This document shows positions 1 through 11,779 of a stretch of 64,000 nucleotides of DNA, piece by piece. The notes under the pieces were generated by a model. The model saw only the letters and a program-made list of their open reading frames with translations, was not told the origin of the DNA and made no database searches. How positions within the stretch are numbered: position 1 is the first letter of the stretch; each line of letters starts with the position of its first letter. A program made the translations under genes and the position numbers. Origin of the DNA: Salpingoeca rosetta (taxonomy: Eukaryota; Protista; Choanoflagellata); assembly GCA_033442325.1 (NCBI GenBank), contig JAWQFM010000016.1:409543-473542 (forward strand). The letters run 5' to 3'.

Positions 1-403
1 CGCTTTGTGGTGAGTGCCTACGTTGATATCGTGACCACAGTGTGGTCTTCAGGCTGCCCCCTAGGCACCATCACCCACTCACTCACTCACTCACTCACTC
101 ACTCACTCACTCACTCACTCACTCACTCACTCACTCACTCACTCACTCACTCACTCACTCACTCACTCACTCATGCAGGTACCCTTTGGTGTGAACCAGT
201 GCGGATCGGTCTTCTTCGCCATGAGCATTGCTTCAAGTCCGCTTGGCGCAGCGGCAACTGTTGTCAATGCCCTGACCTTCCTCTTCACGGCCATCGTGGA
301 TGCCATCCTTGGGCACCGCCTCCTCCTTTCTTGGCGCCTGGTCGCCGGCACTGCCCTTGTTCTCTTTGGCGCACACCTCACACTCACAGCTGCACCCACG
401 TGA
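1..403 (+). CDS. TMEM234: TMEM234-like small multi-pass membrane protein, 3' part (5'-truncated by window edge)
   Basis: Exon 1-9 (RFV), intron 10-178 (gtgagt...catgcag), last exon 179-403 VPFGVNQCGSVFFAMSIASSPLGAAATVVNALTFLFTAIVDAILG...VAGTALVLFG*. This matches the TMEM234 family pattern PFxxNQxGS...A...NxLxxxFT...LG as I recall it. Confidence 0.8.
74..173 (+). repeat. (CACT)n tetranucleotide microsatellite at the 3' end of an intron
   Basis: About 24 tandem CACT units ending just before the catgcag acceptor. Confidence 0.95.
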
Positions 404-1047
404 CACTCATTATGCTTGCTCATCGTGCATCTGTGTATCTACGTTTGCGTGCCCTTCTATCCTCTACACACACGCACACACACAGACACGCACACACACG
501 CACACACGCACACACGCACACACGCACGCGCACTGCGACGATGCTGTGCATTGGTTACTCCTTCCCTGCATCTCACCCATTCTATTGTCCCCTTTGTTTG
601 TCGCAGGTCACACCCAAGCGCTGCGTTACGTTACATTATTACATCAAGCTTTACTTTGTCTGAAGTACTGTCTCGAAGCATGTCCCACACTATGAAGAAG
701 AAGTTGACGATGAAACGCATGCATACAAGCTCCCAAAGACTCTCTTGTCAGTCGCATCCACGCACGCCTATGAAGCCCTGAACACAAACAAACGACCTCG
801 CTCCCTCGACACGCAACTTACGACACACAACACACACGACACAACGCACAACCCAACACACACACACACACACACACATATCGCACGACACAACAAACAG
901 CATACACACAGACATATCACACACACACACGCGACACACCAACACAACACCAACACATACACTCCTTCCCTATGTCTCTGTTCCCCCTCAACTCTCGAAC
1001 CTCAACACGAACAACACATACGTAATGCCATGCATCCTTCACGCTCA

Positions 1048-3737
1048 TCATCGATCTGTGTCGCTGTGCATGTCGGAGAGGTGGCCTCTAAACGACCCCT
1101 GCAGTGATGATGGGAACTGCGGCGGTTCTTCGTACTCTGGTGTTGGCGGGCGCGTGGATGGGCCGGACCAGTATGCGGGCTCCTCCCACACACCTGCCGC
1201 CATAGCCACATCCCCGCTCATGTCCAGGTTACTGTCGTCCAGTGGAATCACATCTCGTCCTGCACGAGCCTCTGCTTTAACCCGGGGTTGCCTAGCACCG
1301 CCATGCGCACCACCACGAGCCCCGTAGTCGTCATCGTCATCATCGCCAACCGCGCTGCTGTCGCCTGCGATGCTTGCAGGCTCGCTGCGTGACATCCAGG
1401 CACGTGGCGTGCGGCCCGTGCGAACACCGCGGTCGTCCTGGGCATCTGCCTCGTGGCCACGACGAAGACGCCCGCCATGCACGCGCTTCGGGGTCCCTGT
1501 TGGTGTCGTCGATGTTGGTGTCGATGGTGCTGTGTTCTTCACGGCCACGCGCGACGGCAATGGCATCTCAGCCAGCACGTCGCCTCCGCTGTTGATGCGG
1601 CCATCGTACAACGGCACATGGCCCATCCGACTCTCAAGCGTGACATCGGCGCTCTTCGCGTAGTCACCATCGCCATCGTCGTCATCAATGCTCTCCAGGT
1701 CATCTATGGTGTCTGCATCGCCGTCTCCGTAAAAGCTGCTGTCACCGCGCGGGTCACGATCCGAGCTGGCGCTGCCTCCGCCATACAGCCACGCATCAGA
1801 GTACTGGGGCGGTGCCTGGTACGGCGGCACGTCGAACACATCGCTGTCCACACCACGCACGGGCAGCGGTAATGGTGGTGGTGTCATGCGGCCATCCCTC
1901 TGCCAATCAGAGGCGATTGATGCAGCCCCGGTCATGTGCATGTCAAGCACGCCGTCCTCAGCGTACAGTGAGCCACCAAACTCGCTCGTGGGCCGCTTGC
2001 TCACGTCGCTCATGCTTCCCCAGTACTCGTCTGCGTCGCTCGTGTAGTCGTCGTCTCCATCCGTCGTCACGTCGTCCACTTCATATGGGGTGTACGCTGG
2101 TGGCGGTCGGTATGGTGGTGCCTGCAGACCCTCGCGACTAGCCCCGCCGCCAGCGAGCCACTCAAACTGCGGGCGCGGGCGCCGGCCTGAGTGGGACAGG
2201 CGCTCGTAGATGCGGTCGCGAAGGCTGGCACGCCTGCTGGCTTCGCCCTTGCTCAGCCCAGCGCCCATGCCGCCCTTCTGCATCGCCACCCTCTCCACGG
2301 AGGCGTAGGTTGGCGGCGCAATGTAGGCAGGCAAGTCCGGTGCTGCCGGCACGCGGGTCAACTCCGACACACGGCGAGACTTCTGCCGCCACAGCCGCAG
2401 CACCACCACAAGCGCAAGCACCGTCACCAGCACAAGCACCGTGAGAACAGCTACGATGGCCATCTCCGTGGTGGAGAAGCGGTTGACGGCGCTCGGGTTG
2501 GAGCCGCCGTCATCGCACCCACACAGGCAGGCGCCAGCAGCATCCCCCACGGTCACACTCGAGACGGTCAGAGCCGTCGCATCCGTCACATAGGGCGAGG
2601 CCGCCTGCAGCGTGGGCAAGAACGTGCCATCGCTCCTGGCAGCGCCGTCGTGCATGAGGCAAGCAACTGTGGCGTGGGTCTCGGTAGGCATGGACACGGC
2701 GACATCAACGAATACAGCGGTACCAAGAGATGTTCCTTCCTCAACCGTCACCGCGGCCATCCCCTGCAGACGTGGCCGTGGTCCTGTGGCTGCTGCGCCT
2801 CCTGTGCGTATCGCAGCTGCTGCCTCGACGGGTGTGCCAAAGTCCGTCACGTCGTACGCGCAGGAATGAGCCGAGTAGAACCCAGCAATGTTGTCAACAG
2901 TCACAAGGCCCTGCGCGCTGGCAGCCAACAGCTCTGGTGGAATTGGAAAGTCAAATGTCGTTGCCTTGTCCACGTCGCCAGAGACAAGGGCTTGCAGCTG
3001 CTGCAGTGGGATGGCACTGAGCAAGTTGAGGCTGGTTGCAGACGCCAGCGCCTGTGTCACATCTGTGAGGAAGGCTCCGATATCGGCCGCTGTGGCATTT
3101 GTGATGGATCCATCAAGGTCGGACAGCGTTACGGTGACAGCCACGGTCGTGTCTGCGCCATCGGGGTGCACACACGTGCAGACGCGATCAGATGTCACTG
3201 TTGGAGACGCCGCCTCGTGCTCAAACACGTCACACTCCGACACGCGCGCACACGCTGCATCAGAGGTGGGTGTGGGCAATACAGCAATGTACTCTTGCTC
3301 GCCGTCAAAGCGACATGTGGTCTGGTTGACGCACACACGGTCGCTTGTTGCAGTGGGTGCAACGACCTGATACTCTGTCGACAGGTCGCACTCAGTCAAC
3401 AAAGCACACTCCCGATCAGCAAGCGCAGTGCAGCTGGATGTCTCATACTCCATTGCAGGGTTGCATGTTCGACATGGGGCACATTCTCGGTCGCTTGTGG
3501 AGGATGGCCCAGTCAGCTCATATTGGCTCTCACCGCACACCGTCAATGCTAAGCATGTGCCGTTTGCAGTCCTGAATTCGGTGTCGAGGCACTCTGCAGT
3601 TGTTGTAGTTGTAGTTGTAGTTGTAGTTGTAGTTGTAGTTGTAGTTGTAGTTGTAGTTGTAGTTGTAGTTGTAGTTGTAGTTGTAGTTGTAGTTGTTGTA
3701 GTTGTAGTTGTAGTTGTAGTTGTAGTTGTAGTTGTAG

Positions 3738-3790
<53 letters not shown>

Positions 3791-3815
3791 ATCGTTGTTG
3801 TAGTAGTAGTTGTAG

Positions 3816-3864
<49 letters not shown>

Positions 3865-4754
3865 AGTAGTAGTTGTTGTTGTTGTTGTGGTTGTTGTAGT
3901 AGTTGTTGTTGTTGTTGTTGTGGTTGTTGTTGTGGTTGTTGTTGTGGTTGTGGTTGTGGTTGTGGTCGTCGTCGTTGTCGTGGTTGTGGAAGTTGTAGTC
4001 GTCGTCGTTGTCGTGGTTGTGGAAGTTGTAGTCGTGGTGGTAGTTGTAGTCGTTGAGGTTGAAGTTGTACTTGAGGTTGTACTTGTAGTTGTTGTGGTCA
4101 TCGTTGTCGTTGTAGTGGTCGTTGTATCACCCGAGGAGGTGGACGTTGTGGATGTCGTGGTGGTTGTGCTTGTTGTAGTGGTGGTTGTGGAAGTTGTCGA
4201 CAACCCACTTCCAGTACTTGTGCTTGTTGAGGACGTTGAGCTGGAGGTGCCGCTTCCTGTTGAACTTGTCGTCGTGGTTGTCGTGGTAGTTGTCGTGGTG
4301 GTTGTTGTAGTTTTTGTTGGAGTAATGGGGATGCTTGTGGATGATGATGTAGATGAAGATGAAGTGCCACTTCCAGTCGAAGTTGTCGTGGTGGTCGTGG
4401 TAATCGTGGTGGTCGTGGCGGTGGTTGTTGTTCCGCTCCCAGTGTCTGTTGTGCTCGTTGTCGTCGTGGTTGTGCCACTTCCTGTTGATGTTGTGGAAGT
4501 TGTCGATGTCGATGTTGTCGTTGTTGTACCACTTCCAGTGCTGCTTGTGCTGCTCGTTGTAGTTGTCGTCGTCGTTGTGGTTGTGCCACTTCCCGTGGAC
4601 GTTGTTGTTGTTGTTGTTGTAGTAGTAGTAGTAGTAGTTGTTGTTGTTGTAGTAGTAGTTGTTGTAGTAGTTGAAGTAGTAGTTGTTGTTGTGCTGATGG
4701 TTTCTGTACCACTACTCGATGTTGTTGTTGTAGTTGTTGTTGTTGTTGTTGTAG

Positions 4755-4794
<40 letters not shown>

Positions 4795-5587
4795 GGAAGT
4801 TGTTGTTGTAGTAGTAGATGACGACGATGAGGATGACGTTGGTAATGTTGTCCCGCTTCCAGTTGAAGTCGTTGTGGTAGTTGTTGTCGTGCTGGTTGTG
4901 CTTGGTGTTGTAGTTGTTGTGCTGGTCGTTGTTGGCGTTGGGGTTGGTGTGGGTGATGGCAGGATGGCGGTGCCTGTTGACGAGGATGGCCTTGGGGACA
5001 CTGTTGGTGCTGAAGGCGGCACGAGCGGAGGCGGGCTTGATGGAACCAATGGACTGCTGGGCAACACTGGCGGTGTTGCCGGCTGTGAGGGCGTTGGTAG
5101 CGGCGACGGCGACGTTGGTGGCACGAGCGGCGGCGGTGATGTGGGCGTCGTTGGTGGTGCAGTGGGCGGTCTGGGCAGTGGCGTGGGCACAACAGGCCTC
5201 GACACAACCACGCTGGTCGTCGCAGGGACAGCGGTTGCTGTTGTCGATGCGCTGGGACTTGCAAAAGTGGACGGCCGCAGTAGTGTAGGCGACGCAGACG
5301 AAAAGATGGGTACACCTGTGCTGGGAACAGGGGTTTGGCTCGGAACCACGCTGACAACCGATGACGGCGTGGGCGAAATGCTTCCACTTGACACGACGGG
5401 AACACTGATGCTCTGCGATGGCAGCACACTTGACGGTGCAGTTGCTGAGGACGAGACGGGCGCGATTGTGGCAGTTGTCACAATTGACGTCTGTGTCGAT
5501 ATGGGCACGCTTGCGCTTGACCGCGGCAGGCTTGAGACAACTGATGACGATGTCGTGGCAGTTGTGGTTGTGGTTGTGGTTGTGGTT

Positions 5588-5622
<35 letters not shown>

Positions 5623-5921
5623 AGTTGTGGTAGTTGTGGTAGTTGTTGTTGTCGTCGTCTTTGTTGTGGTGGTGGTAGTTGTGGTAGTGGTGATTGTGGT
5701 GGTTGTTGTCGTGTCGCCCGAGAAGCCTGTTGTACTTGTGGTGGTGGTGGTTGTCGGTGGCGATGTTGATGTTGATCCACTGCCAGAACTCGATGTTGTC
5801 GTCGTTGTCGTACCTGTTATTGTCGTGGACGCCGTTGTTGAGTCAAGTCCACTTCCTGTGGTGGTGGTTGTTGTTGTTGTTGTAGTTGTAGTTGTAGTTG
5901 TAGTTGTAGTTGTAGTTGTAG

Positions 5922-5955
<34 letters not shown>

Positions 5956-8194
5956 AGTTGTAGTTGTAGTTGTAGTTGTAGTTGTAGTTGTAGTTGTAGT
6001 TGTTGTTGTTGTTGTTGTTGTTGTAGTTGTAGTTGTTGTTGTTGTTGTGGGAAGGGACGTTGTACTACTCACGTCTCCAGACGAAGACGTCGTGGTCGTG
6101 GTCGTTGTCGTTGTGGTTGTCGTTGTCGTGTCTCCACTGCCTGTTGAGGACGTTGAACCAGCAGTACTTGTGGTTGTCTGCACAGAACTTCCAGAGGAGG
6201 TCGTGTCAGCATCTGTCGCTGTGGTTGTCGTAGTCAACGTGGTTGTTGCGGCTGTGGTGGTTGTGGTTGTTGGTGTTGTTGTAGTCACCACCGGCGATGG
6301 GCTTGGCGTTGGCTGAAGTGTGGTAGATGCACTTTGCGTTGCTGTGGGCGTGGGCGTGTGCGTGGGCGTTGGTGTTGGCGTGACCGTAGCAGCGCTGGTT
6401 GGCGGCTGTGGCGATGACAGCGGCGGCGGCGACTGAGGAACGTCGGGGGACGAGGGCACCGGTGGCGGTGAGGATGACGGCAGCGTGTCCGTGAACAGCG
6501 GCGAAGGCGGGCTGAGTGGCGGTGGTGAGATGGGACTGCTGGGCCGAATGGGCACGCTGGACGGCGGTGGTGTCACAACAGGCACTGTCGGTGACGGAGA
6601 GGGCGATGTAGATTGTGCCAGCGATGACGACACAGTGGCAACCGAAGACGACACAAGCGGCACAGCTGTCGTTGTTACCACACCCTCGCTGACAATGCTG
6701 CTGCTGATGCTACTGCTGCTGCTGCTGGGAACAGTCGCTGACGAGGGTGGAGGGACCAAGGATGAAGTCAACGTCGAAGAAGGTGAAACACTGCTGTCCA
6801 CGGCTGATGTGGGCACAGGAGACGGCTGAGAAGCCACGGCTGAACGGGTGGAAAGCACCGAACTACTGCTGGCTCTCAAATCGCTGCTCGAGGGTGCAAG
6901 CACAGATGTCGCTGTTGGGAAGGGCGTGCTTTCGATGGGACCAAGCCCGCTGACTGCTGAAGATGCGGGTGATGGAGACGGTGTTGGCTGTGCAGAGAAC
7001 ACCGTCGTGAGGATTGGCGCAGAAGAGGAGGATGTCACCGCGATGGAAGCCGATGGTAGCTGAGGCGTTGGCGACGGACTCCCACCGGACGCTACCACTG
7101 TCCCAATTGCACTTGCCGTTGCTGTGGCTGCTGGTGTTGTTGTTGTCGTGAAAAGAGAAGACGAAGAAGGAGTAGGCAGCGTCGACGGGGATGGCGAGGG
7201 TGAGTTCAGCGCCAAGGATGACGATGGTGCAATTGGAGGAGACACGGAGCTCGGTGAGGGCACCTGGATCTGTGAGCTGCTGATGGGCAGCACCACAACA
7301 GAGGAGGATGGTGGCCCAACAAGTCGACTGGAGGCTGCCGGAATAATCAGGCTTGAGGACACCACGGGCACAACTGGACCAGTGGAATCCGTGGTGGTCG
7401 TAGTTGTTGCTGTTGTTGATGTGGTCGTGGTAGTTGTTGTGGTACTTGTCGTGGTACTTGTCGTGGTCGTGGTTGTTGTGATTGTCGACACGTCACCAGA
7501 TGAACTTGAAGTCGTCGTAGTTGTGCTGGTCGTCGTTGTAAGTGGTGACACCGTGGGGTCACCAATTGCCTGCACTGTGGCTTGAGCGCCATACGCTGAC
7601 TGAACCCACGCCTCAAACTCAAGAATGAAATCGCGAAGCGCGGTCGCAACTGCGTCTGCCTTTGGTGCATCCGTAATCACTTGGATCACAAGCACCACCC
7701 CATCGCCACCAACAGCCTCTCGCCTCGATCGCACTTGCTCATCAAGCCGCAGCACAACATCCTCCTCAACCACAAGCGGCGCCAGCAGCTCCACAATCGC
7801 ACCACGCACCTCTTCTGCATCAATCGCACTCACGTTCACATTGCTGATCACCAGCGTGTGCGACACAAGCACGCGTGTCACCACCACAGGAAACGACGAT
7901 GTGCTTGTTGATGTCGGCGCCAGTGTCACCTTGCCCCCACCACTGCTTGTGCTTGTGCTTGTGGTGGTAGTTGTTGTGGTGCTTGTGATAGTGCTTGTGC
8001 TTGTCGTGGTAGTTGTTGTGGTGCTTGTGCTTGTGATAGTGGTTGTCGTGGTTGTCGTGGTGGAAGACGACCCACTTCCTGTGTCTGTTGTTGTCGAGGT
8101 TGTGGACGTGGTGGCGGTTGTAGTGGACGTACCGCTTCCAGTTGATGATGATGTTGTTGTAGTTGTTGTGGGAAAGACTCCACTTTCCGTCGTT

Positions 8195-8259
<65 letters not shown>

Positions 8260-11219
8260 TGTCGCTGTCGCCGTGGTTGCAGTTGTGGTGCTGGTGGTGG
8301 TTGTTGTGGTAGTGGTAGTGGTCGTCGTGGTGCCACTTCCGGTATTGGTTGTTGTGGTGGGGGTGGTCGTTGTCGTTGTGCTGATTGTCGCGCTGGTCGT
8401 GGCTGTTGTGGTTGTTGGCGTGCTGGTCATGGTTGTTGTGGTGGCCGATTTCGTCATCGTGGATGTCGCACCGCTTTCACCGCCGGTTGTGCTGCTTGTT
8501 GTGGCTGTCGTGGCTGTTGTGGTCGTGGTCGTGGGTGTTGTGGTTGTCAATGAGATGGTTGAGCTGGAGGTTGTGGTCGTGTCGCCGCTTCCATTCTCCG
8601 TGGTCGTGAACCCCGTTGTCGTTGAACTTCCTGTTGATACCGTGGAGGTTGTGCTTGTGATCGTGCCACTACCACTGCTGCTTGTGCTTGTCATTGTCGG
8701 CGTGGGTGTTGTGCTTGTGGTTGTGGTGCTTCCGCTGCCACCACCTGTCGTGGAGGTTGTCATGGAGGCTGTCGTGGAGGCTGTCGTGGAGGCTGTCGTG
8801 GAGGCTGTCGTGGAGGCTGTCGTGGAGGCTGTCGTGGAGGTTGTCATGGAGGTTGTCATGGAGGCTGTCGTGGAGGCTGTCGTGGAGGTTGGCGTGGAGG
8901 TTGGCGTGGAGGTTGGCGTGGAGGTTGGCGTGGAGGTTGGCGTGGAGGTTGGCGTGGAGGTTGGCGTGGAGGTTATCGGCAGCGACGTGGTCGTGTCGCC
9001 ACTTTCATTTCCTGCAGTTGTCGAAGTTGTCGAAGTTGTCGTGTCACCACTGGCAGTCATTGACGTGGTCGTGATTGGAAGTGTGGTAGTGGTGGTGGAC
9101 ACAGTTGTAGGATCTGCTGTGGAAGACGTCGTACTGGTGCTGTCAGCGCCTGTGGTGGTTGTTGTGGTCGTTGTGGTCGTTGTTGTTGCTGTTGTTGTGA
9201 AAGGGTTTGGTGTCGGCGATTGCTGTGGTGTGACTGGCGCTACAGAGGTGACAGGTGCAATGATGGCTGTGGACTGCGGCGGGTTGATCAGGATGCTGCT
9301 CGCTGTTGGCTGCACGACCGAACTCGACACCACAATCACCTGCGGTGGTGGCGTTGGCAACACGCTTGACACCGACACACTGCTGCTGATGATGCTGCCC
9401 GTGGTGGCCAACGTGCCGCTGCTGCTTGCCACCGAGGGCTGGACAGCGGCTGATGACACAATGCTGTCGGGCACAACCAATGTTGCAGATGGAGACGGGA
9501 GTGCTGATTGCACCGAAGACACGGATGGTGACGGTGATGATGATGATGGTGGTGCATGCGACACGGCAGGGGTTGGAAGAGATACCGTCGTTGTGCGACC
9601 TGCCGATGTCGCTGTCGGAGACACGCTGCCGCCACCAATGTTGCTGCTTGAGGTTGTAGTTTGCGAGGACAGCAGGGATGGAGAGGGCAGCAGCGCGGAT
9701 GCGGCAGCTGTTGAAGCAGGTGCGCGCGTCATCGAAGGTGTTGACAGCGTGGTCAGTGCGAGGGATGTGCTCGCTTCAACCGAACCGTCGTCTGCCGTGG
9801 CTGATGGCGGCAGGGTTGCTGCAGATGATGATGGCGGTGAGAGGGATGGCAGCTGCGTTGGCAGCGGCGAGGCAGACTGTGCCGCTGTTGCTGCAGGTGT
9901 GGCGCTGGCGCGTGCTGGCAAGCTGCTTGAAGCCGATGACGTGGTGGGCAGCGATGCTGTTGTCTGTGACACCTGATGCATGATCGAGCTCCTTGGAGGC
10001 ACCACGACCACCGACGACACCGGCACCAACACCGAAGACCGCACTGGTGCAATCATCTAAGCGTGACAGCAAACCACAATACAGTATGGCGAGAGAGAGT
10101 GTGTGTGTGCAGCAGCGGCAGTTGAAGCGTGAGCTCTCATGTGAAAGGTGTAATTTGTGCGCGCATACTGCCGTGCGCAGATATCGATGCATGGTGGCTT
10201 GTCACTCAACACGTCAACAACACAACCTGATTAACACGACATGCACACTGTCGACTGGCATGTGCTCGGGACACATACACTCACACAAACACACACGCGC
10301 GCGCGCGCCCGCGCACACACACCCACTCACTCACTCACCCACACAACCACACACACACTCACTCACTCACTCACTCACCCACACAACCACACACACACTC
10401 ATTCACACAAGCATGCGCACTGTGTGTCGGACCTGTGTCGATGAAGGTGCCAGTGCTGGTGTTGAAGAGACGGGTGCAGGCACAAGCAAGCTCGGCTGTA
10501 TGACAGTGGACGTGCCGGTTGTTGGCTGCTGACTCATGATGGCCGAAGTCGTGAACGCTGGTGATGGCGTTGGAGCAGCTGCTGCTGTCGCTGGCGTCGA
10601 GGCCACCAACACTGTTGAAGTGGGGCCTGCGGGCTTGCGTGTTGGTGAGGCTGGTGGTCTCGGCAGTGTTCTGTTGAAGACGGGCGGCGGCGTTGTTGGA
10701 AACAGCGCGAGAAGGTGGTCGACGGTGACGTTGCCCGATGCATCACGCCTTCCTATTCTCCTTTCTGCGCCTGCTGCAAGCACCAAAGCATGAAGGTGAA
10801 ATCAGTGCTGCGCATGTGCGGTCCACGCACAAGCTGTGTTGGCACATACAAGCGCACATACAGGCACACTGGCAAGCGTACACAGAAACACATGCTTCCG
10901 TCTTCGTGCAGAGGAAACAAACGACACACGCACAGGGTTGCACAAACAAGAAACGACACACACGCCATCCTCAACGCACGATTGCGCGAGCTGGGCTGCC
11001 CCAGACCGTACCGTGGCTGTGACCCCGGTTGGTGCTCAGGGCAGGATTGTTGTGGTGTGGCGCAACGGTGGTTGCTGTGGGTGCGGTTGGTGCCACTGCG
11101 GAGGCCGTTGTGACCTCTGAGTTGGAGGTAACTGTGACACACACCACCACAAGGGCAAACGCAAAGAGGCGCAGCAGCGCCAGCACCCCAGAGCGCACAG
11201 GGGCTCGTCGCTCTGCCAT
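1048..11219 (-). CDS. Giant mucin-like type I membrane protein (~3,185 aa): signal peptide, Ser/Thr/Pro mucin tracts, SEA-like domain, TNFR-like Cys repeats, one TM helix, PPxY-rich tail
   Basis: Exons 11219-11012, 10773-10433 and 10056-1048 join in frame with GT-AG introns (9,558 nt). N-terminus MAERRAPVRSGVLALLRLFAFALVVVCVTVTS is signal-like. Globular insert at ~7555-7880 contains RSRR. Cys repeats of type C...Y.....T.TSDRxC at ~3170-3595. TM MAIVAVLTVLVLVTVLALVVVL at ~2400-2463 is followed by RLWRQK. Confidence 0.85.
3599..4130 (-). repeat. Coding (ACA)n/(ACAACT)n repeats encoding a near-pure poly-Thr tract
   Basis: Plus strand shows (gttgta)n and (gtt)n. Similar tracts lie at ~4600-4810, ~5560-5710, ~5860-6050 and ~8190-8260. 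Confidence 0.95.
8748..8972 (-). repeat. 12-bp coding minisatellite (TSTP)n/(ASTT)n
   Basis: Tandem gtcgtggaggct and ggcgtggaggtt units on the plus strand. Confidence 0.9.
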
Positions 11220-11779
11220 GTTGGTGCCGCCGCAGCTGCTGATCTGGTTCAACGGGCGTCTCAGCATGCCACGACCATGGCAAGGCGAAGACAACCGCAA
11301 CTCAAGAGTGCGTTGACAAGCGCGTGCGCCGTTCTTGAGTGGGGCTGTGTGGCGCAGTATTGTGCTAGGCAGGATATGACTTGGGAGAGAGAACACGGCA
11401 AGCAAACACGACCCAAACGAGGACGGGACCAGCTGCTCAAAGTAAAGGCAGGTGGGTCTGCTCTGTTGTGTGCTGTTGTGTGCTGTTGTGTGCTGTTGTG
11501 TGCTGTTGTGGTGTTGATGGTGGCTACTGGTTGGTTGATTGGGGGTGAAGGTGAAACAATAAGGGGAAGAAGGAATGTACGCTGCGGGTGTTGTGCGGAA
11601 AAGTTGCTGGTGTCTTCACAAAACCAACTTTTTTTTTATTTTCCTGATTCGGGGGTGGTGTGCAATTGGCAAACCAGGCTCAAGCGGTGCAAATTGCAAC
11701 GAGTGCCGTTTGCGCGGGCAAAATACAAACGCAAGGAAAGGAAGGACACTGGTTGGAACGTGTTTGTGCAGCAGCAAAG

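Noticed and set aside
8748-8972. CRISPR-like array
   Set aside because: Spacer-less coding minisatellite in a eukaryotic gene, with no cas genes nearby.
3428-9976. Long plus-strand poly-Val ORFs (962 aa, 783 aa)
   Set aside because: Antisense shadows of the poly-Thr mucin codons, with no independent coding features.
11709-11723. E2F-like site upstream of FANCI (tttgcgcgggcaaaa)
   Set aside because: Imperfect match to TTTSSCGC and too short to support without conservation data.
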